Positions 7,186-17,846 of a stretch of DNA of 43,152 nt are shown piece by piece. The stretch is from a virus (taxonomy: Duplodnaviria > Caudoviricetes): positions 1-43,152 of IMG/VR virus record IMGVR_UViG_3300043932_000299; one strand, written 5' to 3'. A program made the translations under genes and the position numbers. Below the pieces are notes generated by a model. It did not search any database, was not told where the DNA came from, and saw only the letters and a list, made by a program, of their open reading frames with translations. Position 1 is the first letter of the stretch. Each line of letters starts with the position of its first letter.

Positions 7186-9547
7186 TTGCTTCACCTCTCG
7201 TATACGCTTTAAGCCTATCCATCTCAGCATTGCTTAGTTTCGGAATACTATTATTCGACTGGTTCTGATGATTAATTATCTCGTTGGCAAAGTGGTCTTC
7301 GTTCCGCTCAACTGTTGTACCTAGCGTGTCAAACTGCGAGACATTACGATTAATCCCCTTGATATCGTTATATAGAGCGTTAATAACATTCTGCATGGTC
7401 AGCCCGGTATTGTTGAATGTCAGGGTAGTTGAATCCGACTGGTCAGGCTTGAACGGGTTGAACTTAACCCCCATTAAAGTGACATCATAGTTGATGTTCA
7501 TCTCAGGAACAATCAGCCTTGTAGTATCACCTAGGAAGTAACCATATTCGCCTCCGTAGATTTCCTTTAACGTCAAAGTTGTTGGTGGGTCATGCTGAAT
7601 ATTAGCATCCGCATACTTCTTCAACTGGTCCATGTCATAGATGGAATCCATGACAAGGTTCTTACCCCGATGACGGCCATACTTCTTGATGCTTTCCTGG
7701 TTCTCGTAGTGATATGACAGCGCATAGTACGTTTGACTAGTAGTAGAAGTTGATGAGCTCCCACTATCACCACTTGGCGAAGATGCACCGCCAGTTTTAA
7801 TCATCTGGAGCGGGTCCAACCAAGTGCCATCATCACTCCAAGCATGAGCAAATGCTTCTCTGAAGCTATGACGAGTAATCCCAATGTGCAAGTGTGAGGT
7901 ATTACGGTACCCAATTACATCACCAGTTTTGACCACATCGCCAACGTTAACAGTGATGTTGCTTGGCGATGCAAAGGCTTCCTGATACTCCACGTTAAGT
8001 CCTGAGCTATCTTGAATAACGCAGTACCAATTAACTCCTGGAACATAATCTCTGCTAATAATGCATTTGCCACCATGAATAGCGTGGACTTCATTACCTG
8101 GGTGGTCATAGGCCCCAAAGTCCAGTCCATCGTGAAACCCATTACCACGACCAACGCCATCTTGTGGGTGGGTACCAAAGGTTTGACCAAGGTCAAAATG
8201 ACCCTCACCACATGGGAACGGCCAACCCCAGCCGCCACCATCACCGCCTTTGACGGTATGACCGCCCCAGGACTTGATGACCGATACACAACCGGCCAGT
8301 GGCTTACCGTAGTAGCCTCCTGCTTGGCCTAACAATTCGGCTGCGGCGGCCGCAGTGCCTTGTAGATACAGACGACCAATCGTGCCTTTAGGAAATTCTT
8401 GGTTCCATTTGGCAGCCATTGATTGGTTACCTAACCCGCCTTCGGTAGCGGCATGGAAACTGTCGCTATTAGCAAACTGCTTAATCCAGTTACATACTGA
8501 AATGGCATCTTGATAAGCATCACCGTGGGGGACGGTATGGTTCAACCAGCCCCAGTTCGGATTCAAGTCCTCTTGAAGCTCATAAGCAAAGAACCATTCT
8601 GGGCTAATTCCTTGGCCCTTGATGGTGTCGTAAAGTCGATTAACATCAGCGCCAAGGTAACGCAACCTTCTTGAACGAGCGGCAAAGTTCTGTAACATCA
8701 ACTGCTTGTTAACACCGAAGTCAGCATTAATTGGCGACTTACAAAATCCCTCAACCGAATCAAGGTCACCGCCACCGCCTGGCCCTCCGGAAGTAATGTC
8801 CTTCTCCATCTTACCGCCGTAGACCATGCAGTCGTTGACGATGTTATTAGCGTCAAGCTGAACTTGCGCATTAGTAACATTGTACTGGTAACGGAAGGCT
8901 TGCCCTGTTTTCCTTTGCATACTAGGCAAGTCAGAAATAACTAGTGTATTGCCATCCGGCCACCAATAAGCGCTAAAGTCCTTTAAGTGACTTCCCAACC
9001 ACTCATAAAGCGAGCCATCACAATCAACGGCAACTTCGGGGAAATTGCCTTGTAGGCGGTAGTTAATCCCTTGATCGTTGTTGTTAAAGAATTGGTCAAG
9101 CCTATCTTTTAACGAGTATGTTTTCTTCTCAGCAGTCTTTTTGATTGTAACCTCGGGTTTGTCCTGGTTATCATCTTGACCACTGCCAGAACCTCCACCA
9201 CTGGTTTCCGGATTATCCTCGGTCGGTTCCTTTTTATCCAACCGCAGATTCTTCATCTTATCGATTAACTCATGATTAGCGGTAACTTTTAAGGTCAACA
9301 ACCCTTGGCTGTTGATTTCAGTGTCAGCTTGTTGGATAGTAAACCATTTGCCATCTTCATAAACTCGACCTTTAGCTTTGGCAGCATTGAACGCTTCCTT
9401 ATACTCCTCAACGTAAGTCATGGTGAAGCTAATCTCGTAGTTATTGCTAATCTGGTAATTGAACTCAAAAGAATCCACCAGGTCGGCATAATTAACACGG
9501 TATCCTCTATCAGAATCCCGTGCTTGAACAATTACGACTAAACTCAT
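7178..9547 (-). CDS. Tail-associated lysin (Tal): prophage tail endopeptidase hub with inserted lysozyme-like and M23 peptidase domains
   Basis: HDGLD...HLH M23 motifs; G/S linkers bounding inserted domains; ESIKKYG hub motif; follows Dit with ATGA overlap. Confidence 0.88.
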   Translation of the reverse strand: MSLVVIVQARDSDRGYRVNYADLVDSFEFNYQISNNYEISFTMTYVEEYKEAFNAAKAKGRVYEDGKWFTIQQADTEINSQGLLTLKVTANHELIDKMKNLRLDKKEPTEDNPETSGGGSGSGQDDNQDKPEVTIKKTAEKKTYSLKDRLDQFFNNNDQGINYRLQGNFPEVAVDCDGSLYEWLGSHLKDFSAYWWPDGNTLVISDLPSMQRKTGQAFRYQYNVTNAQVQLDANNIVNDCMVYGGKMEKDITSGGPGGGGDLDSVEGFCKSPINADFGVNKQLMLQNFAARSRRLRYLGADVNRLYDTIKGQGISPEWFFAYELQEDLNPNWGWLNHTVPHGDAYQDAISVCNWIKQFANSDSFHAATEGGLGNQSMAAKWNQEFPKGTIGRLYLQGTAAAAAELLGQAGGYYGKPLAGCVSVIKSWGGHTVKGGDGGGWGWPFPCGEGHFDLGQTFGTHPQDGVGRGNGFHDGLDFGAYDHPGNEVHAIHGGKCIISRDYVPGVNWYCVIQDSSGLNVEYQEAFASPSNITVNVGDVVKTGDVIGYRNTSHLHIGITRHSFREAFAHAWSDDGTWLDPLQMIKTGGASSPSGDSGSSSTSTTSQTYYALSYHYENQESIKKYGRHRGKNLVMDSIYDMDQLKKYADANIQHDPPTTLTLKEIYGGEYGYFLGDTTRLIVPEMNINYDVTLMGVKFNPFKPDQSDSTTLTFNNTGLTMQNVINALYNDIKGINRNVSQFDTLGTTVERNEDHFANEIINHQNQSNNSIPKLSNAEMDRLKAYTRGEANG

Positions 9548-10461
9548 GATAACCACCACATCGGAAAGTCAAAACTAATAGTGCCATTGAAGTTCTCAAC
9601 CTCAAACTCGTTGTCACCCTTTTGCAGGGTAATCACACCATAATCGGTATTGAGGAGGTCACCCTTGCCATCAAGCAAAGGATTAACCCCGTTCAATTCA
9701 AAGGTGCCATTGAACGTCTTCTCACGGCTGATAGACTCCTTGGTGGTCTTATTTGTGACTTTCAGCTTGCCACCAGAGTTACCCTTCATCGTCATTTTGA
9801 ACTGGTGCCCACGACGTTCCGGGTCAATCCGCACGTCCGACAAATTTTTAACCGTAAAGTGATTGGTATTAAAGCTATACTGCGGGGTATCGACTGGCTG
9901 GTTATTACCAAAGCCGATAACAGCGTTTCCCCAGTCAGCAGTAGTACCAATACTTCGGCTTAGTCCAATCTGGTCTTGAAACGTAACCTTGCTAACGAAC
10001 CCCATATCAGTCATGTGAGTTTGCTCCAATTGGGTAGCTTTGACGTAGTACATACGCTGTGGCCATTTATCAAAGCAAATCCAATATGGTGTACGGCTAA
10101 CCAAGAATCGTTGCAGGGCATCATATGCCAGGCTGGTATCTTGCTGATTTAACCCGTAAAAGACAATCTGCATTTCCAGCTCTCGTTGCTCGTAACTGGT
10201 CGATAATAACTGCTGACCATCATTTAGCCCCAACCTCCGAGTAGTATCCGTTTGCTTGGCTTCGGCTACGAATGGTGTATCAGCACACAGGACGTGTTCG
10301 AGGTCTTCCACATCATACAGACTGACCCAGTCCTTACCATTGGTGGAGATGGAGAATTCAATTGGGTTGAAGCCGTAGCCATTTTCATCAGTCCCCTTAG
10401 TTAAATCAGTGAACCGATAATGATGGGGCTTATTTTCCATTGTCGAAAATACCTGAATCAC
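9544..10461 (-). CDS. Distal tail protein (Dit)
   Basis: Between TMP and Tal; DGQQLLSTSYEQRELEM and ITLQKGDNEF motifs typical of Sipho_tail. Confidence 0.85.
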   Translation of the reverse strand: MIQVFSTMENKPHHYRFTDLTKGTDENGYGFNPIEFSISTNGKDWVSLYDVEDLEHVLCADTPFVAEAKQTDTTRRLGLNDGQQLLSTSYEQRELEMQIVFYGLNQQDTSLAYDALQRFLVSRTPYWICFDKWPQRMYYVKATQLEQTHMTDMGFVSKVTFQDQIGLSRSIGTTADWGNAVIGFGNNQPVDTPQYSFNTNHFTVKNLSDVRIDPERRGHQFKMTMKGNSGGKLKVTNKTTKESISREKTFNGTFELNGVNPLLDGKGDLLNTDYGVITLQKGDNEFEVENFNGTISFDFPMWWLS

Positions 10462-10467
10462 TTAGTT

Positions 10468-13249
10468 TCACTCCTTCCACATAATAAGGTTCTGGGCATT
10501 AATCTTGTTGTTATAGTCATTCAGTCGGTTAGCAGTGTCCAGCCCAATCATTGGGTGCTGGTCCACATTGTCCAGCTTATCAACTGCTACACCGACCAGT
10601 TCCTCCATCCGAGTCCGCCATAACCGTGACGACAGATTAGTCATGCCAGCATTATCAGCCGTGAGAGTACCGTCAACACTGGCTGACATATTCTGCATAC
10701 GGTTTTGGACCGCGTTAACTGAACGCATAAATTCATTGTCATTTAATGCCGGTAGAGTTGCGGCCTGCTGAATAGCACTAGCCATTGATAGCACATTATC
10801 CTGTACTGTAGAGAAAACATCAGTTAATCCTTTGTTAAAACCAGTCATGATGGCTTGACCAGCAGGAATTAGCAGCTTGCGGTCATAGCTGATTGGGCCC
10901 TTATGAGCTTTAATCCAACCAGCAATCCCGGAGACAAATCCTTTAATGCCTTCCCAGATGGATTTCATACCGTCCCATAAGGACTGCATAATCGAACGAC
11001 CATTTCCGCTCAAGTCAACGTGCATTACAGACTTGATGAAGTTAACATCCCTTGATGGCACTCCAAACACCAGAGATAACTCCTTTCAACGCATTCATGA
11101 TTCCAGTAGCAATGCCCTTCATCGCACCAAAACCAGCTGAAACTATTGGACCAACCGTCTTAGCAACTTCGCTAATTACCGTTTTAATTCCATTCCAAAC
11201 ATCGGAAATAATTTGTCCTAATACGGTATTTGTACTAAGCAAGTTTGAAATGGCATTTACTAGCATCGCAATACCGGCCGCCGCAATGCCAATACCAACT
11301 CCAGCCATCAAAAGAGCAGCACCAAAGGCCAATAATCCCACTGCACTGATGGTAAGCAATGGGCCAAATACGGCAAGGACAGCGACCATCGCTGCAATTC
11401 CGGCTGTCAGTGCAATAATCACACCAATTGCAACAGGCCCTTGACTGGCAAGCCCTGAAATTGCGTTAACTAATCCGGTAAATGCAACTACAAGTAGCGC
11501 TAATCCGGCCGCCGCAATTGCAACACCAACGCCAACCATGATGATAGCAGCGCCAAAAGCAAGTAAGCCTGGAATACATGCTTGGAATACGGGGGCAAAA
11601 ATCCCCATGACTGCGACAATACCAACAATCGCAATCGTCAGCGTTGTCAATGCGTCGGTTCCCTGCTTGCCAGTCTGCGCTAATCCGGTTACTGCATAAG
11701 TCAGCAGAGCAAAAGCACCGACCAGCAATGCCATCCCGGCATATGCTATCGCTGCCTTTGGACCCATGTCACCGAGCATTTTACCGACGATACCCATGAC
11801 ACCAATAACAGCTGCCATACCAGCAGCAACGGCGATGAATGCAATAGCACCCATTGGTCCAACCTTGGCCAGTTTAGTTACTTGGCTAACAAGCAAAGCA
11901 AAACTGGCTACTAATATAGCAGCACCAACAGCTGCCATCATGATTGCGGCACCCATTGATAGAATTTGAGGTGCTGACATAGAGGCACCCTTACCAGCCT
12001 TCTTGCTGCCTTCACCAGCTTCGGTCAGACCTCCGCCTGCGTGTTTTCCGGCATAACCAATTCCGGTTAGTTTCTTAAAAAGGCCACCAATTCTTGACCC
12101 AAGTCCTCCGAATAGTCCAGTGGTCTTCTTCAGGACACCAAACAGTGCCCCGAAGACAGTAATTACTGGCGCAATCCTAGGCGCTAGCAGGGCCACAACC
12201 CCCAGTGCAATAAAGCCAGCCGCGACAGCCTTGAGTACCGGAGCCATTGGCTGGAGAGCCTTTAATACCGGTGCAATTGCCGATATTACCTTTGGCATAG
12301 CCGCAGCAATCTTTGAGAAGGCACTTGAAATGCTGTTTCCAGCGCTGACAATTATTTGAGAAATTGTTGGCAAATCATTACTTTTAAGTGCTTTATCAGT
12401 TGATTTCAAAACATCTGTTAGGCCTCTAACCATTGCAGTCTTAGCATTTTCTATTGAGGTACTAATACCACTCGTCGCATCTAAGGCTATATTGTGCAAT
12501 GACTTTAGACCGCCACCACCATTTTTATCTAAATCGATTAAAGCATTCTGGAAATCCTGAACCGAAATTTTGCCCGATGATAGTCCATCCTTCAACGCAG
12601 CTGTAGTAATGCCCATTTTTTTAGCAATTGCGTTAAGTACTGGGCCCATGTTTGAGTTCATCATCGAAATCCAAGTCATTCCGTCGACTTTTCCATTTGC
12701 GAACGCTTGCGAAAGTTGGATGACTGCATTATTAACATCAGCAGTGCTACCACCAAATCCAATAATAGAATCATTCAAAGCACTGTAAACTTTTTGCGAT
12801 TGCCCTAAATCGCCAGTAGAGGCAGCAATCATTTGCACACCCTTTACAGCTTGATCAAGGGGAGTCGGTAGCCCTAAAATACTTTGTTTTAAACCATTCA
12901 TTGCACTACCAACTTCTTTTGCGCCAAATCCCATGTTGTTAAAAGTTCTAGCAGAATTGTTTAACGTATCGTATCTGGCAACGGCGCCACCAATAGCATT
13001 TTTCACAACATCAAATGCTTTAGCTGCAACAGCAACTGCACCCATTGCAGTTACCATTGACATAAAACCGCTAGTTAACCGGTGACTAGATGCCTCAGTA
13101 GACGCATTAGCAGAATTAGACCTTGTTGCCATGCTCTGGTTAGCATTAGCAACTTCAGTTAATGATTGCACGGCCATATTCATTGCCGATTGAAAGTTCT
13201 TGTCAACTGCTGAAAGGTAAGCCTCAACTCCTAATTCTTGTGCTGCCAC
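10468..13249 (-). pseudogene. Tape measure protein, frameshifted at ~11045
   Basis: 735-aa ORF with tape-measure domain (ARYDTL, QLSQAFANGKV) stops at 11042; the conserved C-terminus (HKGPISYDRKLLIPAGQAIM) continues in the +1 frame to 10468. Confidence 0.88.
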
Positions 13250-13251
13250 AT

Positions 13252-13692
13252 CTAATCACCTCCCGCATTAATTCCCGCACGTTTCCAAGCGTTCATATCA
13301 ATTTTTCCTTGTTCTCTTAACTTCTTAAATTCCTGTGCACGACGCATAAACAGTTCGGTTTGAGTATGTCGCTTTGCTTTCTCCGAAATTCCCATCGTGT
13401 CATCAGCAAAGACATTTCTAACAGCTAATTCCTGTTCTTCCCGGTCGAAAAATTGCTTAAACTTACGGTACTTGGGACGTGGATGCTTCTTCCCCGTTGT
13501 TTCTTGAACGGACTGGTTGTAGAACGCTTGTAAGGCAATTTTCTCTTGCACATCTATTTCATGTAGCTGGTATGCTTCCAAACGTAAGTAATATTCACGC
13601 AAAGTCATTGTTTCAATGTCACTAATACTATGAAAGCCAAGACGTGACAAACAAATTAGCAAAACTTCCCTGTAAGTCTGGGAACTTGACAA
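13252..13692 (-). CDS. Tail assembly chaperone, frameshift-extended (gpT-like) part
   Basis: MTLREY motif; frame is open back to the slippery site in the upstream chaperone. Confidence 0.82.
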   Translation of the reverse strand: MSSSQTYREVLLICLSRLGFHSISDIETMTLREYYLRLEAYQLHEIDVQEKIALQAFYNQSVQETTGKKHPRPKYRKFKQFFDREEQELAVRNVFADDTMGISEKAKRHTQTELFMRRAQEFKKLREQGKIDMNAWKRAGINAGGD

Positions 13693-13709
13693 TCGTCGTC
13701 CGTCTTGGC

Positions 13710-14054
13710 TTACAGATTTTTTGCTGCCAATTTGACAGAATTAGACTTCTTCATTGCTTTAATCACGTCACTAAACAACTTTTCAATATCTGTTTCTGGA
13801 TCATCAATCATGGCATCAATATCTGCTTGCGATGGCCGCGGACTAGCATTCCATAACGCATAATAAATAACATCCGATAATGCCCCTGCATCGTAAGTCT
13901 TCAGCGCAGGCACTACACGAGTCATCGCCATTCCAAACGGCTGTTTACCGGCTCCAGGAACTTCCATTGTGATTCCTCGATGCTTGTCCAGCAACCGAAC
14001 AAATTTCATGTTAAAGCTGGGTTCATACTCTTTGCCGTTAATTTTAATTTTCAT
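13710..14054 (-). CDS. Tail assembly chaperone (gpG-like)
   Basis: MKIKINGKEYEPSFNMKFVRLLD; between major tail protein and TMP. Confidence 0.85.
   Translation of the reverse strand: MKIKINGKEYEPSFNMKFVRLLDKHRGITMEVPGAGKQPFGMAMTRVVPALKTYDAGALSDVIYYALWNASPRPSQADIDAMIDDPETDIEKLFSDVIKAMKKSNSVKLAAKNL
13716..13722 (-). other. -1 programmed ribosomal frameshift site A AAA AAT
   Basis: X XXY YYZ heptamer just before the chaperone stop; the -1 frame reads KKSVSQDGRRLSSSQ into the next ORF. Confidence 0.8.
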
Positions 14055-14123
14055 TATTTAACCTCCATAGTAGCCGCCCTCCCGTACTGTTTATTTCGTA
14101 GGCGACTTATTTGATTACTAGGC

Positions 14124-14750
14124 CTACGGTTTTACTTGCTTGGACTGCTTATCGAGTTCGTCTGGGTCAGTACCAGCACCAGTATCGGTTTCTTTGTTCC
14201 AAGGAGTACCTTCACCGTCAGTACCGTCGTTCTTCTCGTCACCTTCGATGACACCAACACCACGGAAGACGTAAGCCAATTCGGCTTGAATGTCATCTGG
14301 TAATTTAGTCCAACCCAATTGTGGATTACCACTGATGGTGAACGTTACGTCACGGGTTGAGTTGTCGTCCGGGTCGTTGTCGTTGCTATCTTCGGTAACC
14401 TTACCACGCATATAAATAGCAAAAACCTTGCCCTCACTGTTAACACGCTTACGGTAAACTACCCATGCTTCGATTTCGCCTTCATTCAGAAGGGAATCAA
14501 GTAACCAGTCGGCCGCCTTACTAATGTTGTTAACGAACTCAACTTCAAGGTCCGTTTCAAGTGCCGCAGTCGTTGGTAGGATTCCACCCTTAGTTTGCGT
14601 AGTATCGGTATCACGCTGTGGATCGAATGACAACGAAGTTTGATATGGGATTACTTCGGCAGGAATCTTGTGGGCCATTGACAGTGGCCGGACAAGGAGC
14701 AAGGTATCATACCCTTGCAGGAACTGCACTCCTGTATTCTTTACTGGCAA
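14124..14750 (-). CDS. Major tail protein (TP901-1-like family)
   Basis: LQGYDTLLLVR, YQTSLSF, TQTKGG, FTISGNPQLG motifs; TTG start with GGAGG RBS. Confidence 0.88.
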   Translation of the reverse strand: MPVKNTGVQFLQGYDTLLLVRPLSMAHKIPAEVIPYQTSLSFDPQRDTDTTQTKGGILPTTAALETDLEVEFVNNISKAADWLLDSLLNEGEIEAWVVYRKRVNSEGKVFAIYMRGKVTEDSNDNDPDDNSTRDVTFTISGNPQLGWTKLPDDIQAELAYVFRGVGVIEGDEKNDGTDGEGTPWNKETDTGAGTDPDELDKQSKQVKP

Positions 14751-14762
14751 GTTAAAAACCTC

Positions 14763-15161
14763 CTATCCTAAGTTAAAAACGAGCATTACAATGCCATGCT
14801 TTAACACGGTATCGGGAACACTCGTATCAGTGATTATTTGTTTGTCTGTTCGACTAGGCCGGCCAACAAACCGGAAATGGTCAGTAATGAGCACTCGGTT
14901 GGCTAATTCTGCTAACTTCTCGCTCATCTGAGACACCGTAAAACGGCTCTCTGCATTCCCCCATACATTCAAGGTAATATGCAATTCAGCCCCAATCGCA
15001 GTCTTGTTAGCAATATTCAATTGCTGAACATCACCAATATTAACGAATGGGTACTCCGCATTCTCTGACTGCATAGGTAAATGGTCGTAGGTATCGAAGC
15101 CCATCTCCTGGCTGGCGCTGTACATATAGTCAAACAGCTCTTGGTCAGGTACGTAATTCAT
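14763..15161 (-). CDS. Tail terminator/completion protein
   Basis: PDQELFD, TYDHLP, YPFVNIG motifs; upstream of MTP. Confidence 0.75.
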   Translation of the reverse strand: MNYVPDQELFDYMYSASQEMGFDTYDHLPMQSENAEYPFVNIGDVQQLNIANKTAIGAELHITLNVWGNAESRFTVSQMSEKLAELANRVLITDHFRFVGRPSRTDKQIITDTSVPDTVLKHGIVMLVFNLG

Positions 15162-15169
15162 TCCGCACC

Positions 15170-15532
15170 TCATTTCTTAGTTAGCTTTCGCAAATCATTA
15201 ATAAACTGAATTTTCTGATAGTTGAAAGCTGGTGTTAATGTCGGCTTAGCATCCATAAAACGTGTGCCATATTCTAAATAAGCAAAATATTCTGTATTTG
15301 GTGCCACAATTACCGTTAAACCACCATTAGTATACGTATCAGTAACCGATCTGGATGTTGCTCCCGTCGAATATCCTCTAACATAAGCCACTCCCATTTC
15401 GGCATGCGTACGTTTTCTTAATAAGGCCCCATGCTTAGCAACTACTTCTTTAACAGGTGCCAAATTTTTTTGACTTTCAATCTCACGCTGTAGTGCGTCA
15501 ATCCCTTTGAGTTCTATTTTGACTTTAGGCAT
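15170..15532 (-). CDS. HK97 gp10-like tail component
   Basis: TGATSRSV, YFAYLEYGTRFMDAKP motifs. Confidence 0.85.
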   Translation of the reverse strand: MPKVKIELKGIDALQREIESQKNLAPVKEVVAKHGALLRKRTHAEMGVAYVRGYSTGATSRSVTDTYTNGGLTVIVAPNTEYFAYLEYGTRFMDAKPTLTPAFNYQKIQFINDLRKLTKK

Positions 15533-15836
15533 CTGACTCCCCCACAATCAACGTGTAGCATTTTAACGGCTTCCTCATCGTGTTAAGCACGTACTTTTTA
15601 GAATCACCATCAAGGGTCAAATACGACCACTTTTCCGGTGGTTCCTTGCCCAATCTGATGACTAATGCCCAGTGCTTGTAATCACCAAACAGTTGAACGC
15701 TCTTTTCAGTGCCTAAATCAGTGACGTTGGCCCTCAGCTTAACCACTTTGGTATCGTCACCAACATACTTGCGCTGTTTCGGGTCATACTTCCGGTTGCT
15801 CTTATCATGAAAAGTGACGTATCGGTCAAAAATCAC
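15525..15836 (-). CDS. Head closure/head-tail adaptor
   Basis: YDPKQRKY, ANVTDLG..S.QLFG motifs; follows connector gene. Confidence 0.7.
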   Translation of the reverse strand: MIFDRYVTFHDKSNRKYDPKQRKYVGDDTKVVKLRANVTDLGTEKSVQLFGDYKHWALVIRLGKEPPEKWSYLTLDGDSKKYVLNTMRKPLKCYTLIVGESDA

Positions 15837-15840
15837 GTTA

Positions 15841-16209
15841 TCACCTCCGGAACGGGTCTACCGTTTCCAATACGCCAGCGTTGTTTTGCTCATTCCAACG
15901 TTTCAAATCGTCCTTGAACTCATCAAAATCATTTGCCGCAAAGGAGATGGTTTCACCCTCCTGGCTGTATGACGTCATACCCTCGTTTTTAAGCCGGTTA
16001 TACCGCTTAACGGCTACTTCTATAAGAATGTAGTTAAGCTCCTCTGGGACGCTCCCAGAGAGTTTGGTGCCAGTCTTAAACTTCAACTGCATGGCCGTAT
16101 TATCAAGAATGAGGTTAAGAAGTTCATCGACTTCCACATCATCATTGCTCCCGGTCATGCCGAGCATGACTTTCAGATTATCCAAGTCGCTTTTAACTTG
16201 GTCCGCCAT
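15841..16209 (-). CDS. Head-tail connector (SPP1 gp15-like)
   Basis: VPEELNYILIEVAVKRYNRL.NEGMTSYSQEG motif. Confidence 0.88.
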   Translation of the reverse strand: MADQVKSDLDNLKVMLGMTGSNDDVEVDELLNLILDNTAMQLKFKTGTKLSGSVPEELNYILIEVAVKRYNRLKNEGMTSYSQEGETISFAANDFDEFKDDLKRWNEQNNAGVLETVDPFRR

Positions 16210-16219
16210 TTATATCACC

Positions 16220-17182
16220 TTACTTGCCACTGTCCTTTGGTGCAGCAGCCTTAGCTGACTTCTTTTGTCGGCCAACCCGCTTATCTTCTGGCACGTTCTT
16301 TGGCTCTGGGTCATTAGTCACATCAGCAGGTGCACCAGTAGTGCCAGTAGGACCAGTGACGCCCTTGAACGTAACTTTAACTACCTTAGTTGGGTCGTAA
16401 AGGTAAACAGCGTACATTGCAGAAGCGTAGTAGTAAGTAGACCGCTCAGAAGCATGACGTTCTGGTTCAATGTTTACGCCCTTCTTCGTCAACAGCTTAA
16501 TTGCTGGCCGACCATCAGAAGCGTTAGTTACCACAAGATATGCTTCGTCAGCATTAAGCTTCCGAGAACGCATAATCTGAACGCCCAGGATTTCACCATA
16601 AACTCCAGTAGAAATTGGGTTCTGGAGCATAGAAGCTCCAGTAAATTCCTTAGTGGCACTTAACCGAAGTTGACCGGCTGCCTTTGGTGAGCATACCAGA
16701 ACAATCGTTGCATTGTCGTCTTCATAGTTAAAGGTATCCAATGCTTCTTGTAGGCCATCAACAGTTGGATCAACACTAGCTGTCTGAGTGGCTTCCTTCA
16801 AAGTAGCAAGGACATCGTTATCCTGCTTGTTACCCATTGACATTGACAACTGCTTAACCAGTTCACCTTGCGGGTCGCCGTAGCCAACTTGAATAGCGGT
16901 ATCGGTGATTGCACCACCCTTACCAGTTTCCTTGATAGTAGCGGCTTTTTGTCCGTAGGTGAGCTTAGACGTTTCAATTGGTTCACCTTCAACAATGTCT
17001 TGAGCATCACCAATGTAGTTCCATGACGGGAACTGAATGGTTGAACCCGGAACACCCTGTAAAGAGTTGTCTACTTGTGCTAGCGGAGTAAACTTTTGAG
17101 CGGCAGTCAACTGGGTTGACACCATGCCCGCCAGCACTTCCGGGTCGAGCATTTCTGGACTTGTAGTAATTTCATTTGCCAT
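16220..17182 (-). CDS. Major capsid protein
   Basis: DPEVLA, LQGVPGSTIQFPSWNYIGDA, GYGDP motifs; low-complexity C-terminal tail. Confidence 0.92.
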   Translation of the reverse strand: MANEITTSPEMLDPEVLAGMVSTQLTAAQKFTPLAQVDNSLQGVPGSTIQFPSWNYIGDAQDIVEGEPIETSKLTYGQKAATIKETGKGGAITDTAIQVGYGDPQGELVKQLSMSMGNKQDNDVLATLKEATQTASVDPTVDGLQEALDTFNYEDDNATIVLVCSPKAAGQLRLSATKEFTGASMLQNPISTGVYGEILGVQIMRSRKLNADEAYLVVTNASDGRPAIKLLTKKGVNIEPERHASERSTYYYASAMYAVYLYDPTKVVKVTFKGVTGPTGTTGAPADVTNDPEPKNVPEDKRVGRQKKSAKAAAPKDSGK

Positions 17183-17195
17183 ATTTTATAACCTC

Positions 17196-17846
17196 CTATA
17201 ACGTTTGCTGAACTAATTGTGAGTAGAGAGTTGGGTTATCGTGCTTCAACTTAATCCGCTGGTCGTAGCTGTACTTCATGAACTCCTGTGCATTAGGAGC
17301 CTTTACCTGTGTGCCACTGACCTTTGGTGTCGTTCCTGATAATGTCTTCTGACGTTCATCGTTACGAATCCGTTCCACCATTGCCAGCAATGCGTCACCG
17401 TTCTGCTTTGTGGTTTCAGCGTCAGCAGTAACAACCAGGTCGATGTCAGATTCTTCCGGAGTGAACCCACCATCGACCAACTGCTTGCGGACTGTGTCAC
17501 GCAACTGGTAACGGGCTAACTGCGCTTCGGCATCCTGCGCCTTCTGTTGGGCCTGTTGAAGTTCGTAATCCTTCTTCTGGTCCTTGTTCATCTTAGCGAG
17601 CTTAGTCGCTTCGCTTTTGGCACTGTCAATTTCCTTTTGATGTTCTCGGTCATAACGTGCCATGCGTTTTTGGACCATCTTGTCCACTTCTTCTTGCGTG
17701 AAAGTTTTAGGCTGGTCATTATCAGAGCCAGGTTCAACCTGCTTATTTTCCGCTTCATCAGGTGCACCAGTATCAGAAGCGTCATCAGCACCAGCGGCTG
17801 GATTTTCAGCAAAGAATTGTAGATTCATTGGAAACTTATCTTCCAT
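17196..17846 (-). CDS. Capsid scaffolding protein (DUF4355)
   Basis: MNLQFFA N-terminus, KTFTQEEVD, coiled coil; GAGGTG RBS before ATG at 17846. Confidence 0.88.
   Translation of the reverse strand: MEDKFPMNLQFFAENPAAGADDASDTGAPDEAENKQVEPGSDNDQPKTFTQEEVDKMVQKRMARYDREHQKEIDSAKSEATKLAKMNKDQKKDYELQQAQQKAQDAEAQLARYQLRDTVRKQLVDGGFTPEESDIDLVVTADAETTKQNGDALLAMVERIRNDERQKTLSGTTPKVSGTQVKAPNAQEFMKYSYDQRIKLKHDNPTLYSQLVQQTL

Noticed and set aside
11052-12788. + strand ORFs opposite the tape measure gene, and other antisense or alternate-frame ORFs within structural genes
   Set aside because: Shadow ORFs from biased codon usage; no RBS or recognisable motifs
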